Both the position numbers and the translations under genes were made by a program. A DNA stretch of 64,000 bases from Selaginella moellendorffii (lineage: Eukaryota; Plantae; Lycopodiophyta). Shown piece after piece: positions 24,559 through 35,609 of the stretch (position 1 is the stretch's first letter; each line of letters starts with the position of its first letter). The notes below the pieces were generated by a model. That model worked only from the letters and a program-made list of their open reading frames with translations. It was not told the origin of the DNA and ran no database searches. The stretch covers positions 1,626,851 through 1,690,850 of the forward strand of contig NW_003314274.1 of assembly GCF_000143415.4 (NCBI RefSeq). The letters are read 5' to 3'.

Positions 24559-25818
24559 ATGGAAAACGGATCTCACCTCCACACCCACCAATTCCAATCG
24601 CCCATCAAGCACCAATTCCACCAGTCGATGACCACCATCGCCACGCTCGCGCTACTGCTGCTGATAGGAGGAGCAATTCTCTCGCCCGTGGAGGGATTCT
24701 CCGATTTCCACAACGCAACGTCGCCATTCCTTCCCAGCCCGGGCCCGGAGCCATCACGATTCGACTCCAATTGGCAGGGATTCGGGTCCCCCTGGGACGA
24801 TTTCCGGTCGCTGCTCGACGCGCACAAGGGGCAGATCAAGAGGTGCGAGAAGCTGCCACAGCTCAAGCGCTACCTCCAGGAATTCGGCTACACGAGCTGG
24901 GAGGAATTCACGCCCGACTTTGACAACCAGACCGAGGCCGCGATCAAGCTCTACCAATCCAACTTCGGCCTCAACGCCACCGGGACCCTCGACGAGCGCA
25001 CCATCACGCAGATGATGAAGCCGCGTTGTGGCGCCGCCGACGTCGTGGATGGCATCTCCGCCATGGCCAGGAGGAGATCCAATTCGTCGAGCAGCCGCTT
25101 CCTGGACGGAGCCCGAGGTACAGTCCGAGGAGGCCGAGGTCCCGGGCTCGGTGTCCGCCACTACTCGTTCTTCCCAAACAGCCCAAAGTGGGAGTCGCGG
25201 CAGCTCCTCACGTACGCGATCGATGCCTCCGCGCCCGCCGTGACGGGCATCGCCGCCGCGGATCTAAGCGCGCTCTTCGCGGACGCGTTCGCCAGCTGGG
25301 CCGCCGTGGTGCCCATCAACTTCACCGAGATCCCCAGCTTCGCGCTGGCGGACATCCGGATCATCTTTGCGCACGGGGAGCACGGCGATGGCCGGCCATT
25401 TGACGGGATCCTGGGCGTCCTTGGGCACGGCTTCTCGCCCGAGGATGGGAGGCTCCACTTCGACGCCGCCGAGACGTGGGCGCTGGACGTGTCGAGCTCC
25501 TCGTCCAGAAGCGCGGTGGATCTCAAATCCGTGGCGATACACGAGATCGGCCACATCCTCGGTCTCGGCCACTCGGCCCTGGAGAGCGCAGTGATGTATC
25601 CCAACATCGGTGCTAGGGAGGTGAAGCTCGAGCTCCACAGCGACGACATCGAGGGCGCCCAGATGCTCTATGGCGCAAACCCTAACTACGATCCCAATGC
25701 CAGGACCGAGACGAGGAGCCAGCCAGAGAATGGGATCCCTTCCAGCGCGGCATTCCCATCACAGCATCGCTCCATCCTCTTCACCATCGCGATCGCTTTG
25801 TTCGTCTTCCTGGGTTAG
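24559..25818 (+). CDS. Matrix metalloproteinase (metalloendoproteinase, M10A), intronless
   Basis: Signal-like MTTIATLALLLLIGG (alternative start 24628), cysteine switch PRCGAAD, zinc motif HEIGHILGLGH, Met-turn AVMYP, hydrophobic C-terminus (GPI/TM-like). Confidence 0.95.
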   Translation: MENGSHLHTHQFQSPIKHQFHQSMTTIATLALLLLIGGAILSPVEGFSDFHNATSPFLPSPGPEPSRFDSNWQGFGSPWDDFRSLLDAHKGQIKRCEKLPQLKRYLQEFGYTSWEEFTPDFDNQTEAAIKLYQSNFGLNATGTLDERTITQMMKPRCGAADVVDGISAMARRRSNSSSSRFLDGARGTVRGGRGPGLGVRHYSFFPNSPKWESRQLLTYAIDASAPAVTGIAAADLSALFADAFASWAAVVPINFTEIPSFALADIRIIFAHGEHGDGRPFDGILGVLGHGFSPEDGRLHFDAAETWALDVSSSSSRSAVDLKSVAIHEIGHILGLGHSALESAVMYPNIGAREVKLELHSDDIEGAQMLYGANPNYDPNARTETRSQPENGIPSSAAFPSQHRSILFTIAIALFVFLG

Positions 25819-26042
25819 GACTTTTTGTGTTACCCGCCATTCATCATTTTTTGGGTGTAAATATATAAGCATATTCTTTCGACTATCGAGCACATTCTAG
25901 TTTAGGGTTCATGGAAACTACTGCGATCTCGGCCGTTGGTTGCCTGGACGACATCCGTGAAGCCTAGGGTTCTTCGATTTGGAAGAAGGGTTTTGGGCGG
26001 GGTTTGGCGGCTCGGGTGTGCGCAGTCGCGCCAGGGGACGAG

Positions 26043-27284
26043 ATGAGGCCGCCAATGCGTGGAAGAGGAGGTAAGATCGATCACCAGAGCGCTGGCGCGT
26101 CGAGAATCCTCGCGCATTGATTGATTCGTCTTGCCAGGGGGCGGGCGCGGCGGGCGCGACGGTGGCGGCAGGGGCCGCGGGCGAGGACGTGGTGGGGGCC
26201 GTGATGGCGGAGGCCGAAGCGGAGGCCGAGGCTTCGGGAGAGGAGGTGGACGGGGCGGGCGTGGCGGTGGCATGAAGGGGGGTGCCAAGGTGTCTTTGGA
26301 ACCACACCGTCACGAGGGCATCTTTATTGCGAAAGCGAAAGACGATGCTTTGGTTACCAGAAACCTTGTACCCGGTGAAAGCGTCTACGGCGAGAAAAGG
26401 ATCACTGTTGAGGTGGAGTGCTCACTCACTGCAGCATCCTTTATTTTTCTCTCTTGACAAGGAACTGACTCCTCAACTAACTGGTGCTCGGATGTGAAAA
26501 CAGGCCGATGGAGAGAAAGTGGAGTATCGGGTTTGGAATCCCTTTCGGTCCAAACTTGCGGCTGCGGTTCTTGGTGGCGTCGATAACATCTGGATTGTAA
26601 GTACGCTTCTGGAAGTTGCTGGATGTTTCTGCTAAATTTTTACCTGTCTGAAGAAACCTGGCTCTCGCGTTTTGTATCTTGGAGCCGCTTCAGGGACCAC
26701 TGTGTCTCATGTCTCTGATGTGATCGGCCCTGTAAGTACGAGTGATATGATGGCGATCGTTTTGCTTTTCTAACAGGGAGTGGTTTTTTGGCAGACTGGA
26801 ATCGTCTACGCTGTAGAGTTTTCTCACAGGTGTGGACGTGATCTCGTGAACATGGCAAAGAAGCGGACAAACGTTATTCCCATCATCGAGGACGCTCGCC
26901 ATCCTGCTCGTTACAGGATGCTTGTGGGTATGGTGGATGTTATCTTTGCCGACGTTGCGCAGCCTGACCAGGCGCGTATCATAGCACTCAACGCTCACTC
27001 CTTTCTGAAAGCTGATGGCAAGTTCGTCATGTCTATCAAGGTGACGCGAGAGGTTTGATTTGATTCGCGGGTCTGATGAGATTTTGTGTTTTTGCTACTA
27101 GGCAAACTGTATCGATTCCACTGCTCCCCCAGAGGCAGTGTTCGCCCAGGAGGTGGCGAAGCTCCAGCAGGAGAAGTTCAAGCCTTATGAGCAAGTGACT
27201 TTGGAACCATTCGAGAGGGATCACGCGTGCGTTGTGGGAGCATACCGGGCGTCCAAAAAGCCCAAGGCGCCGTCCGCGGCCTAA
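26043..27284 (+). CDS. FIB: Fibrillarin (rRNA 2'-O-methyltransferase); 6 exons
   Basis: MRPPMRGRG then a GAR/RGG domain, [89 protein letters not shown] at 27282-27284. Confidence 0.97.
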
Positions 27285-27309
27285 GATTGCCAGTGCTTTT
27301 TTATGGAAG

Positions 27310-28190
27310 CTATCGCTGATAAAAACGGGGGTCCAATTCAGTTTTGTTGAGCAAGTCCATGGATTTCAGAGCACGTCGAGTCCTGCTTGGATCTTTATTC
27401 TGTAAAAATTGGTTTAGCTCAGCAATTTTGGTTGGGCATATGCGGTCGGCATTGCACTGAAGGATTCGAAGGGGCATCGTTTCAAACACCTTCCTTGATG
27501 CATATGGAGATAGCATTGCGTTCCACGACACCAAGTTCTTGTCTGGCATTTCGTCTGTAAGATTCCCTTGCATGGAATGTGATGTTAGCAGATTTTGTCG
27601 AGGATTTTCGTGGTTTCGTCCTGGGAATATCCCGTGGCTATGGCGTTCCAACATACGGCATCTGTGTATGGAAGAGAATCAAGGAGGCATGTAGCAGCGT
27701 TGTTACGGAGACAAGATCGTGCTGTGGCATCTGATCGAGGAAGAAGAGCTCCGACTCTTTCAGGAGACCGCAGTGGACGTAGCCAAAGAGGATTGCCGTG
27801 CAAGTCGAGATTCCTTTCACGAAGAGCTCGAGAGAAGACTCCAGATGCCCGTGACGGGAGAATGCTGCAATGGCGCAAGTGCACAGCATATCGTTAAAAG
27901 TGATTTGTACATCCGCGAACTGCGATAACGCCCCCAGCATCAGACCAAGGTGTGAGAAATACTACCTTGGCAGAATCAACATGCCCATTTTCGGTAAATG
28001 CAAACAGCACCGCGTTTATAGAAAAAAGATCGTTCTCTGGCATCGTATATCTTGCCTTTGGCCTTTCTGAGAGGCTGCAGAAATTATAGCAGTACATGAC
28101 ACAAGGCTCCAGTACAGCATGCAGCTCAAGAACCTTCGCGCTTCATGCCAGGCAAAAGTTGTCCCTCTTGGCCATACCATGGAAGATTTG
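27310..28190 (-). pseudogene. PLS-class pentatricopeptide repeat (PPR) pseudogene
   Basis: Fragments in several frames: MPENDLFSINAVLFAFTENGHVDSAKVVF, MPQHDLVSVTTLL, DAVCWNAIATGYSQ, MPDKNLVSWNAMLSPYA. Confidence 0.85.
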
Positions 28191-28249
28191 AGCTGCGTGT
28201 TTGATGTTACCACATCTATTGTGCATCTCAATTTGCTTGTTCTTTGAAT

Positions 28250-28990
28250 TTAAAGCAGCCTTTTATTATTTTTTGATAGAACTGAGCAATAATCTAGAGT
28301 TGGAGGGTCCCTGAACTTTCTGGAGGAGGGATCCACCCAATTCCATGGTATGTAGCACTCAACCATCCCCATTCTGCGTTTGCGGACATCCACACGATCC
28401 CATTCACATAATCTATGACACCTTGCTTCATGGCAAGCCAAACTTGAAATGATCTCCTGCTTTGTCCCGGCGAAATCCTTCTCCAAATCGTCCACCGTGC
28501 TCGCCAACATGGCAATCGCCTCGTTCAAACCACACTTGTGATCGCTGCCGTGAATGGGCACGGCGTTGAGGTAGTTCCCTCTTGCCTACTCCTTCCTGAA
28601 CGAGACGAGATCAAGTCATTGTGGAGCGCAATGTGTTGCGTCCGAATCTCCTCAACCTTGCATATGAGAGGATGATCCAGCACGCCACGCTCCTCAAGCA
28701 GAGCAAAGCAAGGCGCAGATGTGATCTCTATCAGCCACACGTGTCCACGTTGGGAAGATTTGCTTGCGAAGCCACTTCGGTTCAATCTCAAACATGTCGA
28801 GCACCTTGGTCATAGCATCCAGAATCAGGAGCTGCTGGAGGTTTTGAAAGAATTGTCCCTCCATAAATCCGGCCGATTCGTTGACCAGAAGTGCGGCCTC
28901 GTCAAATCTTCCCTTCAAAAACCATCTTGTATGCGCCTGCCACGTTCCTCATGTCCGACGAGGAGATCTCAGGGTTATCCAGAATGTTCA
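28250..28990 (-). pseudogene. Unknown frameshifted coding remnant
   Basis: Three staggered minus-strand ORFs (28694-28918, 28525-28791, 28250-28561) with protein-like composition. No family recognised. Confidence 0.35.
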
Positions 28991-29410
28991 TCTGCAAGAA
29001 AGAACCAAGCGATGAACTTTTATCTTATGCATAATCCAAGGTTGCTCTCTTGAACAAACACAGGTTGCAACTTCAGAAACTCCACGCACAACGCATCGAT
29101 CTGAGCGTCGGCCTTTGCATTGTACAGCGGATTCAGCGCTGGAAAGGCCAGAAGTTTACTTGTAGAGTAGCTTGTCTCCACTACTGTTTAATATGTTTGA
29201 ATATTTTAATATATTCTACTATCTATTTATATCTATAAGTTATAAGCATGTTTATTTATGGCTTTTATTTCCATATATTTAACAGTAAACCGTGTTGCTA
29301 AAAAAAATATTTAAAATTAATGGTTAGGAATTGCTTAAAAACTATAGATTTTTAAACCATATCACATATAGCCTGCCTGGATTTATATTATGGAAGTTTA
29401 GAAAGGAAAT

Positions 29411-30665
29411 TCAAACCACCTTCCCGTTGGATCCTCATAGAATGCCATCACTCACTCTCAAAACCTTGGCCATCTTCGCATTTCCCACAGAATTTATCGA
29501 GAACTTCAGGTTGCGCTATGATGTACTCCAATGCTGGTATTGCTCATCCCCTGATCAATCCAGGAATGCTTATGAGCCTCACGAGTTGGATTAATGCTTG
29601 GATTGAACTTACCGACACCAATGCTATCCAAAATCTGCCATGGCCATCGCGCTTGAAGTTGTCCGGCTGCCCCAGCAAGTTGTCCATGAACAACTCCATG
29701 GTTCCCGCTTTCTTACCTTTCAGCCAGTACTTCATGCACCTCACCCTGGAAAAGCCAGGACGCGCGAAATTAAGCTTCAGTGGCCAGCGCATGATCGAGA
29801 TGACTTACATGGATGTCTCGCTCACCACTAGAAAGTCCTCCTTGGCAGAGAGCGAGACTCCATTCGCAAAAAACATGTTCTTCCGCAGGACTGTGGTGGT
29901 GCGAGTCGCGGGGTCGTACTTCAAGAGCCTGCCGTTTGGGCGGCACTGGAGGACGTCCAGTTTGGCCTTCTCCAGCAGAAACTTGCTCGTCGCATCCGTG
30001 AAGTAGATGGTGCCATCCTTCGCAACGTCTAATCCATTACCCAACGCTGTGCCGGATCCAGCGAGATCACAGCAATGGAAACAAAGCTCTCGAATCAACA
30101 TGGAAAGCAAGCTCCTGAATCAACAAGGACGATGAAGGAGATCTAACACTCACATGAATTTGACACCATCGGCTTCGCTCGAGAGAACCTCCACGCACTT
30201 ATCCCGAGTGATGTTGAGCAGCCCCTGCGCGAGAGAAACAGGATGAACGGTCTCAATCTCAAATCGGACTTGTCAAATCAAAGAGAACTTCGCCTGGCAC
30301 GCAGACGACCAAATTCTTTTGTCGCCCGCGCACAACCCCAAGCGTATGGCCTCCCACATTCACCCAGTTCTCCACCTCGCCAGTCTTTCGCGACACCTTC
30401 TTGATCCACCCGTCGGAGCAGCCGATGTAGAGCACGCCATTGTCGTCGTCCAAGGAAATGTCCTCGGGACCGGGAAGCTCTCCCCCGCCAATCACCTCCG
30501 CCTGCTGGAGCACTGTGTTCACCGCGAACAATCCTCCCTCTTTGGAGTTGGAGGCCAGTCCGAGGGCAGTGGATCAATCCCCGCGCGGCGGACGACTGCC
30601 GGCCATATCGCCGATGTGGCTATGCAGATGATCACAGCTAGAATCGCCACATGAAGGATCCCCAT
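29411..30665 (-). pseudogene. Strictosidine synthase-like (SSL) paralogue, frameshifted and 3'-truncated
   Basis: Same exon structure as 32165-33473 (GELPGPED, GLDVAKDGTIYFTDA, PNGRLLKYDP, VRCMKYWL). A 1-nt deletion near 30535 relative to the paralogue gives PKREDCSR*. The last exon is deleted and cut by AT-rich DNA below about 29410. Confidence 0.85.
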
Positions 30666-30952
30666 TGGCACTCGTGACGCGAGAGGATCGAACAAGTGTG
30701 TAGGAGGAAGAGGAGACTTCTACGAGTACAAGAGAGGAGGGGAAGAAGGATCTATTTCGTTTTGGAGGAGCTGGATATTCTGGCCAACAGCAAACATTCC
30801 GTTTGGACAAGCAGGATATTCTGGCAGACAGAATTCTTTGTTCAAGACTGACGGTCTATTTCCTCCGTTCTTCAAGTTGCGCGTGATCCTATGGGCGATA
30901 AAGGACTTAAAACATGTAGTAATAATAATAATTACAAGATCAAAAGCACATA

Positions 30953-31945
30953 TCATACAGCGTTTTTAATCGTGGTGCTGTACGGCTCCTTTCTCCCGTC
31001 GTGCTTGACGAAATCGTAGTAGTAACTCCACAACATCACGCCGCCGTACTTGCTCGACTCCTTGATCTTCGGAAGAACCTGTTGCTTGAGAACCTTCGCG
31101 GGCATGTATCCGTCCTTGGTGGAGGGGCTGTCGGTGGCACCGCTCAAGCTCGCCGGCAGGCCGAAGAAGACCTTCTTCACTGGAACTTTGGTCGTCCACT
31201 TGTGCCATGCCGCGAACACGTTGTCCAGAGGTCTGTTTGGGTTGTACTGGCAGTCGTGATTGTTGTAGAACTGGACCCAGGCGTAGTCGAACACGCCCGT
31301 GTTGAGAGCCGGGCCGAGGAACTCGTCCGGGAACGGGCACTGCGGGGCTGCGGACAAGAGCACCGGCCTGTCTTTGGTGGAGCGGAGCTTAATCTGCTTG
31401 GCAAGCTGAGCGTAGCCGGTTTGAGTCGAGGTCATCTCCATGTCGAAGTCGATCCCGTCCAGCACTGCGTCGCCGAGAGGCCTGGAGCTGCTGTTTCCTG
31501 CTCCTCCCAGAAAGTTGTTCCACAGATAGTCCGATACGGCGATGGCGTCCTTGTCCGAGACAATGCTGTAGTTGCCGTCGGCACCACCGAGCGAGAGGAA
31601 CACCTTGACACCTTTGCTCTGGCAGAACTTTACGTCTTGTCCGACTGGAGCACAGTTGATAGCGCTGCCGTTGATGGCACTGCCGTTGACACCCCCGCAG
31701 TGATCAGCGAGGTCCAGCTTTGGAGCTCTCCCGTCGCCAAACACGCTGAGGAAGCTGAGCACGACGATGCCGTAGTTCCCCGTCTCACAGGCTGTTTTGA
31801 GACTGCCTTCCTTCTCGTAAGTTCCCCAGTATACAACGACTGTGCCATTAGCCCTCTTCTTGCAGTCTACTCCGGAAACTAAGCTAGATGCGACTAGAGT
31901 AAGCACAAGAGAAACCAAATTACTCACAAGTCCCCTGGTCTTCAT
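30953..31945 (-). CDS. Class III acidic endochitinase (GH18, hevamine-like), intronless
   Basis: Signal peptide, VVYWG, CQSKGVKVFLSLGG, intact DxxDxDxE motif (LDGIDFDME), SAAPQCPFPD, WVQFYNN, KYGGVMLWS. Confidence 0.95.
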   Translation of the reverse strand: MKTRGLVSNLVSLVLTLVASSLVSGVDCKKRANGTVVVYWGTYEKEGSLKTACETGNYGIVVLSFLSVFGDGRAPKLDLADHCGGVNGSAINGSAINCAPVGQDVKFCQSKGVKVFLSLGGADGNYSIVSDKDAIAVSDYLWNNFLGGAGNSSSRPLGDAVLDGIDFDMEMTSTQTGYAQLAKQIKLRSTKDRPVLLSAAPQCPFPDEFLGPALNTGVFDYAWVQFYNNHDCQYNPNRPLDNVFAAWHKWTTKVPVKKVFFGLPASLSGATDSPSTKDGYMPAKVLKQQVLPKIKESSKYGGVMLWSYYYDFVKHDGRKEPYSTTIKNAV

Positions 31946-32164
31946 TCTCCTTCGTTTCCGTGGCCCTCCAGTTCCCACCTATTAGGACAGATGAGTCCAC
32001 GACAAAGAGCTTAGCTTACCTCGTGCTCGAGTTTGCCTTAAGTCGTCCAAATTGCTGCACCTGTGCAACACTGTCAAGATCGAAACTTATTTGTCGCTCG
32101 ACGACCGTCTCGAAGAAGCGCTCGCAAAAGCAACACACTTTATTGGTGGCCACGTCGGGCGTGA

Positions 32165-33473
32165 CTAAAGCTGCCGAAGCTTCAACTTGCCAACGTAGTT
32201 CCTGGCCAAGTTTCCCAGATAGAGATAATCGCCGACTTCCAAGGCCGTCGTCACCAGGGCTATCGACTTCCCTGTCGGATCTTCATAGAATGCCAGCGGC
32301 ACCCCATCTTCGCCAACTGCTAGAACTTTGGCCATCTTTGAGGACGCGGAGATCTTCTGCAGCACACCCGGAAGGGCCAAGATGTGCTTCAGTGGTGCTA
32401 TCTTCACTAAAGTGTCAGTCAGCCTTGTCCTTCCCTGAAGTCAGTGTCCACATGAAGTCTGATTGGATGTTATGAAATATAGAGCAAACTTACTGCTACC
32501 AATCCAATCCAGAATCTATCTCGGCCGTTGTGTCTAATGTTGTCTGGATGTCCAGGCAAGTTATCGATAAAAACTTCCATGGTTCCTTCCCTTTCACCTT
32601 GCAACCAGTACTTCATGCACCTCACCCTACAAACGAGGACGAACGTAAGCTGCCTGCTCAAAAGTATGGACCAACAACTTACATGGACGTCTCGCACACC
32701 ACTAAAAAGTCTTGCTTCGCAGAGAGTGCAACACCATTGGCAAAATACATGTTCTTGCGCAGGACTGTTGTGGTGCGAGTTGAGGGATCATATTTCAAAA
32801 GTCTGCCGTTCGGGCGACCCTGAAGAATATCTAAGTCAGAGGTGTTCATGCCAAACTTGTGCGTTGCATCCGTGAAGTATATGGAGCCATCTTTTGCAAC
32901 GTCCAGTCCGTCAGTTAGCCTGTTGTTCAGCAAAAATATAAAGCTCAACAAGGACGTCCCAAACAACACAAACACCTACTTGTATTTGACACCGTCGGCT
33001 TCATTGGAGAGAACTTCAAGAGCCTTATCAGCAGTAACATTCAGCAGTCCCTGCCAGAAAAGAGAGTCAGTCGGATTTGTCAAACAGTTAGGACCCACCC
33101 GGGTTGGTTCGCAGACAAGCAAATTTCCATGATGTCCCCACGCAAGTCCAAGCGGATGGCCTCCGACCTGTACCCAATTCTGGACCTCACCAGTCTCGGG
33201 AAAAATCCTCTTGATCCATCCGTCAGCGCAGCCGGTATAGAGCACGCCGTTATCGTCCACAGCAATATCTTCGGGACCAGGAAGCTCTCCCACACCAAGC
33301 TCATCCAATTCCTGGAGCAGTGTGTTTGTCGCGAACACCCCTTCCATCTTTGGAGTTGGAGGCCAGTGCGACGCCACTGGATCTATGCCCGACTTCCGAG
33401 TGATAGCCGACCATGTTGCCGACGCTGCTATGGAGATGACCAGAGCCAGAATTCCCAAAAGAGCGAGTGCCAT
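32165..33473 (-). CDS. Strictosidine synthase-like / APMAP-like beta-propeller protein; 5 exons
   Basis: Signal anchor, GELPGPEDIAVD, GHPLGL, GLDVAKDGSIYFTDA, FANGVALS, NLPGHPDNI, YEDPTG, LYLGNL. Exons rejoin in frame at GT-AG sites. Confidence 0.92.
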
Positions 33474-33697
33474 CTTGAAGATCTCGCCACCTGGTGTCCC
33501 CAGCTATTGAAACGGAACGGGAGGACCGGTCGTTGATGTGTAGCTAGCAGCGTGTGCGTACCCTGCGGAGCATGGCAATGGCGTGTCTGAGCAATATCAG
33601 AAACGTGACTCTCACCTTAATGGCGGAATTCAAGATTAACTCGCCCTGCACAAACAAGCAAAACCCTCAACTACCACAATCAATGGCTTCAAATCGC

Positions 33698-35242
33698 TTA
33701 CCTTGAGCTTGCCTGTTGACTTGTTGAATCCTTGCGCTGGACAGATGCTTGACCAGCCTGTTCTCCTCCTTCACTTCCACTACTGTCATAGCCATCGCCG
33801 TCACCTATATCACCTGTGTCCTCAACCATCTCAGAATCGTCGTCGTCATCCTCTTCGTCGAAAACTGCACTGCCCGTATGAGCCTGAGGAGGAGCTTCCA
33901 TAAACTGGACACTCATCCTCCGCTTAAACTTGTCGTCACTGCAAGCCAGGAACCAGGCAAGGCTGCAATTGATCTTCTTCCTCTCTACCATCCGGTACCG
34001 GGGCTTTATCCTCCGTGCAAGGTCGTAAGTCAAGTAGACGGGAAATGCCAGCAGCTCTGATAATGGCTTTCTCATCTTCTGCTGGAAAAAAGCCAGGTTC
34101 GGCTTCAACGTTTCCTCCAGCTTGACCGCCAAAATCTGTGGACAATCGACAACCATCTTTGCTATGTCACCAGCGCTGATTCCTGCTCCTTGCAGAAACT
34201 TCACCTTTTCCCCGGCCATCTTTTCGTTGATCACAAGCATCTGAGGCAGCCTCTCAAACACTCGAGGAACGTCTGACGGTCGCAAGAAGATTTCATTCGT
34301 CAACCAGGCCGTCTTCTCTGCGAGCTCAGCCCTCAAGTCGAGCTCAAACACGTCCGGGAATCGAGCTATAAACGATGGCAGCTCTTTCTCTTGGATCCCT
34401 GCCTGTAGTAGACACTCCACCTTTGGTTTCACATTTTCCTCCAGATCAAAACCCAGTACGTAAGGATGCTTCTCTAGCAACCTCGCTATCTCCTCCTTTG
34501 TAAACCCCAGACCACGGTAGAAATCCACCTTCCTCTTTATGTTGTTCCCGACTCTCATGCCAAGAAGTTCCGGGAACCGCGTAAGCATCGGCCCAATCTG
34601 TCGACTGTTTACTCCAATGCTCACCAGGTATGCCACCGATGTGCTCATGGTCCCTTCTCGCTTGAAACCAAGAACATCCGGGTAGCGTAGTAGAACCTTT
34701 GGAATATTTTCCAGAGAGATCCCATAGCCTAGCAAGTAGTCCACGATCGGCGTCAAATCTATCGCGATGCTGGAGTAGAGGATCATCGGAAACTGCGTCA
34801 GCAACGCCGGAAGCTCCTCCGGAGTAAATCCCAGCTTGTCGAGGTAGTCGATCACTGGAACCATGTTGCGTTTAACACTACATGTAAGAACTACTGGATA
34901 CCTCAAGATGTGCGCCTTCTCTAGCCCAATGCTTGCAAGGAATTCCAGCCGCTCTCGCACCACGTCGACCGAGAGTGGAAGATCGAGTTGGTCGATGTCG
35001 CCGCCGGAAATACCCTCGCCGCGGAGGAAATCCATCACTTGCTCCCGGCATCCCTCCTCACTGCTCTCAATCTCGGGCTCCTGCACCGCCAATCCCCAGT
35101 GATCGGGAGTGTGAAGGGGAAGACGAGACGCGCGCTTGTACCTCCGCCTTGGAGCGCATTGCGATCGCACGGCGTCGCTTGAACGAAACACTAGGCTGCT
35201 CGCGGAGATCCTCGATGGCGGGAGAGAAAGAAATGCCTCCAT
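33698..35242 (-). CDS. MTERF4: Organellar mTERF, mTERF4/BSM/RUG2-like, intronless
   Basis: Transit-peptide-like start MEAFLSLPPSRISASS and mTERF repeats. Diagnostic segments CSVKRNMVPVIDYL and YPDVLGFKREGTMSTSVAYLVSIGV...IGPM...LLGMRVG recalled from the mTERF4 clade. Confidence 0.85.
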   Translation of the reverse strand: MEAFLSLPPSRISASSLVFRSSDAVRSQCAPRRRYKRASRLPLHTPDHWGLAVQEPEIESSEEGCREQVMDFLRGEGISGGDIDQLDLPLSVDVVRERLEFLASIGLEKAHILRYPVVLTCSVKRNMVPVIDYLDKLGFTPEELPALLTQFPMILYSSIAIDLTPIVDYLLGYGISLENIPKVLLRYPDVLGFKREGTMSTSVAYLVSIGVNSRQIGPMLTRFPELLGMRVGNNIKRKVDFYRGLGFTKEEIARLLEKHPYVLGFDLEENVKPKVECLLQAGIQEKELPSFIARFPDVFELDLRAELAEKTAWLTNEIFLRPSDVPRVFERLPQMLVINEKMAGEKVKFLQGAGISAGDIAKMVVDCPQILAVKLEETLKPNLAFFQQKMRKPLSELLAFPVYLTYDLARRIKPRYRMVERKKINCSLAWFLACSDDKFKRRMSVQFMEAPPQAHTGSAVFDEEDDDDDSEMVEDTGDIGDGDGYDSSGSEGGEQAGQASVQRKDSTSQQASSR

Positions 35243-35609
35243 CGCCGATAAAACCCTATATCTTGGCCACGCAGGCGGTTTTTCCTCCACGTGGCCACGC
35301 TTGCGACCACGTCTGCCCTAGTTCTTCCGTACACATTATATTTACCGTATGACCAAAATTTTCGAAACCTTTCTGTTACATATCCTCCTCTGGGTCGGCA
35401 TTGCCGGAAGAGCGAAGAACCCTAATTGCGATGCAGGGAAATTCTCTCGACGGCCTCGAGTGCCCGGCTCCGCGGCCGCAGATTTGGGGGCTTTCTCGGT
35501 GCGGCAGCATGTAAGAATCGCATTCCGCATTCCGATCATGGGGTATCCGTGCTAGCGCGCTCGGGGAAGCGTCTTCCACTCCATAGGGTTTGATCGGCGG
35601 CCATTTGCC

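Noticed and set aside
26071-27101. Intronic box C/D snoRNA in fibrillarin (as known for Arabidopsis fibrillarin genes)
   Set aside because: Introns are only about 60-90 nt, and I found no properly spaced RTGATGA...CTGA pair with a terminal stem.
30953-31945. Horizontal transfer of the intronless chitinase (or MMP, FAD oxidoreductase)
   Set aside because: Motifs are those of ordinary plant families that are often intron-poor, and other native genes here have similarly high GC.
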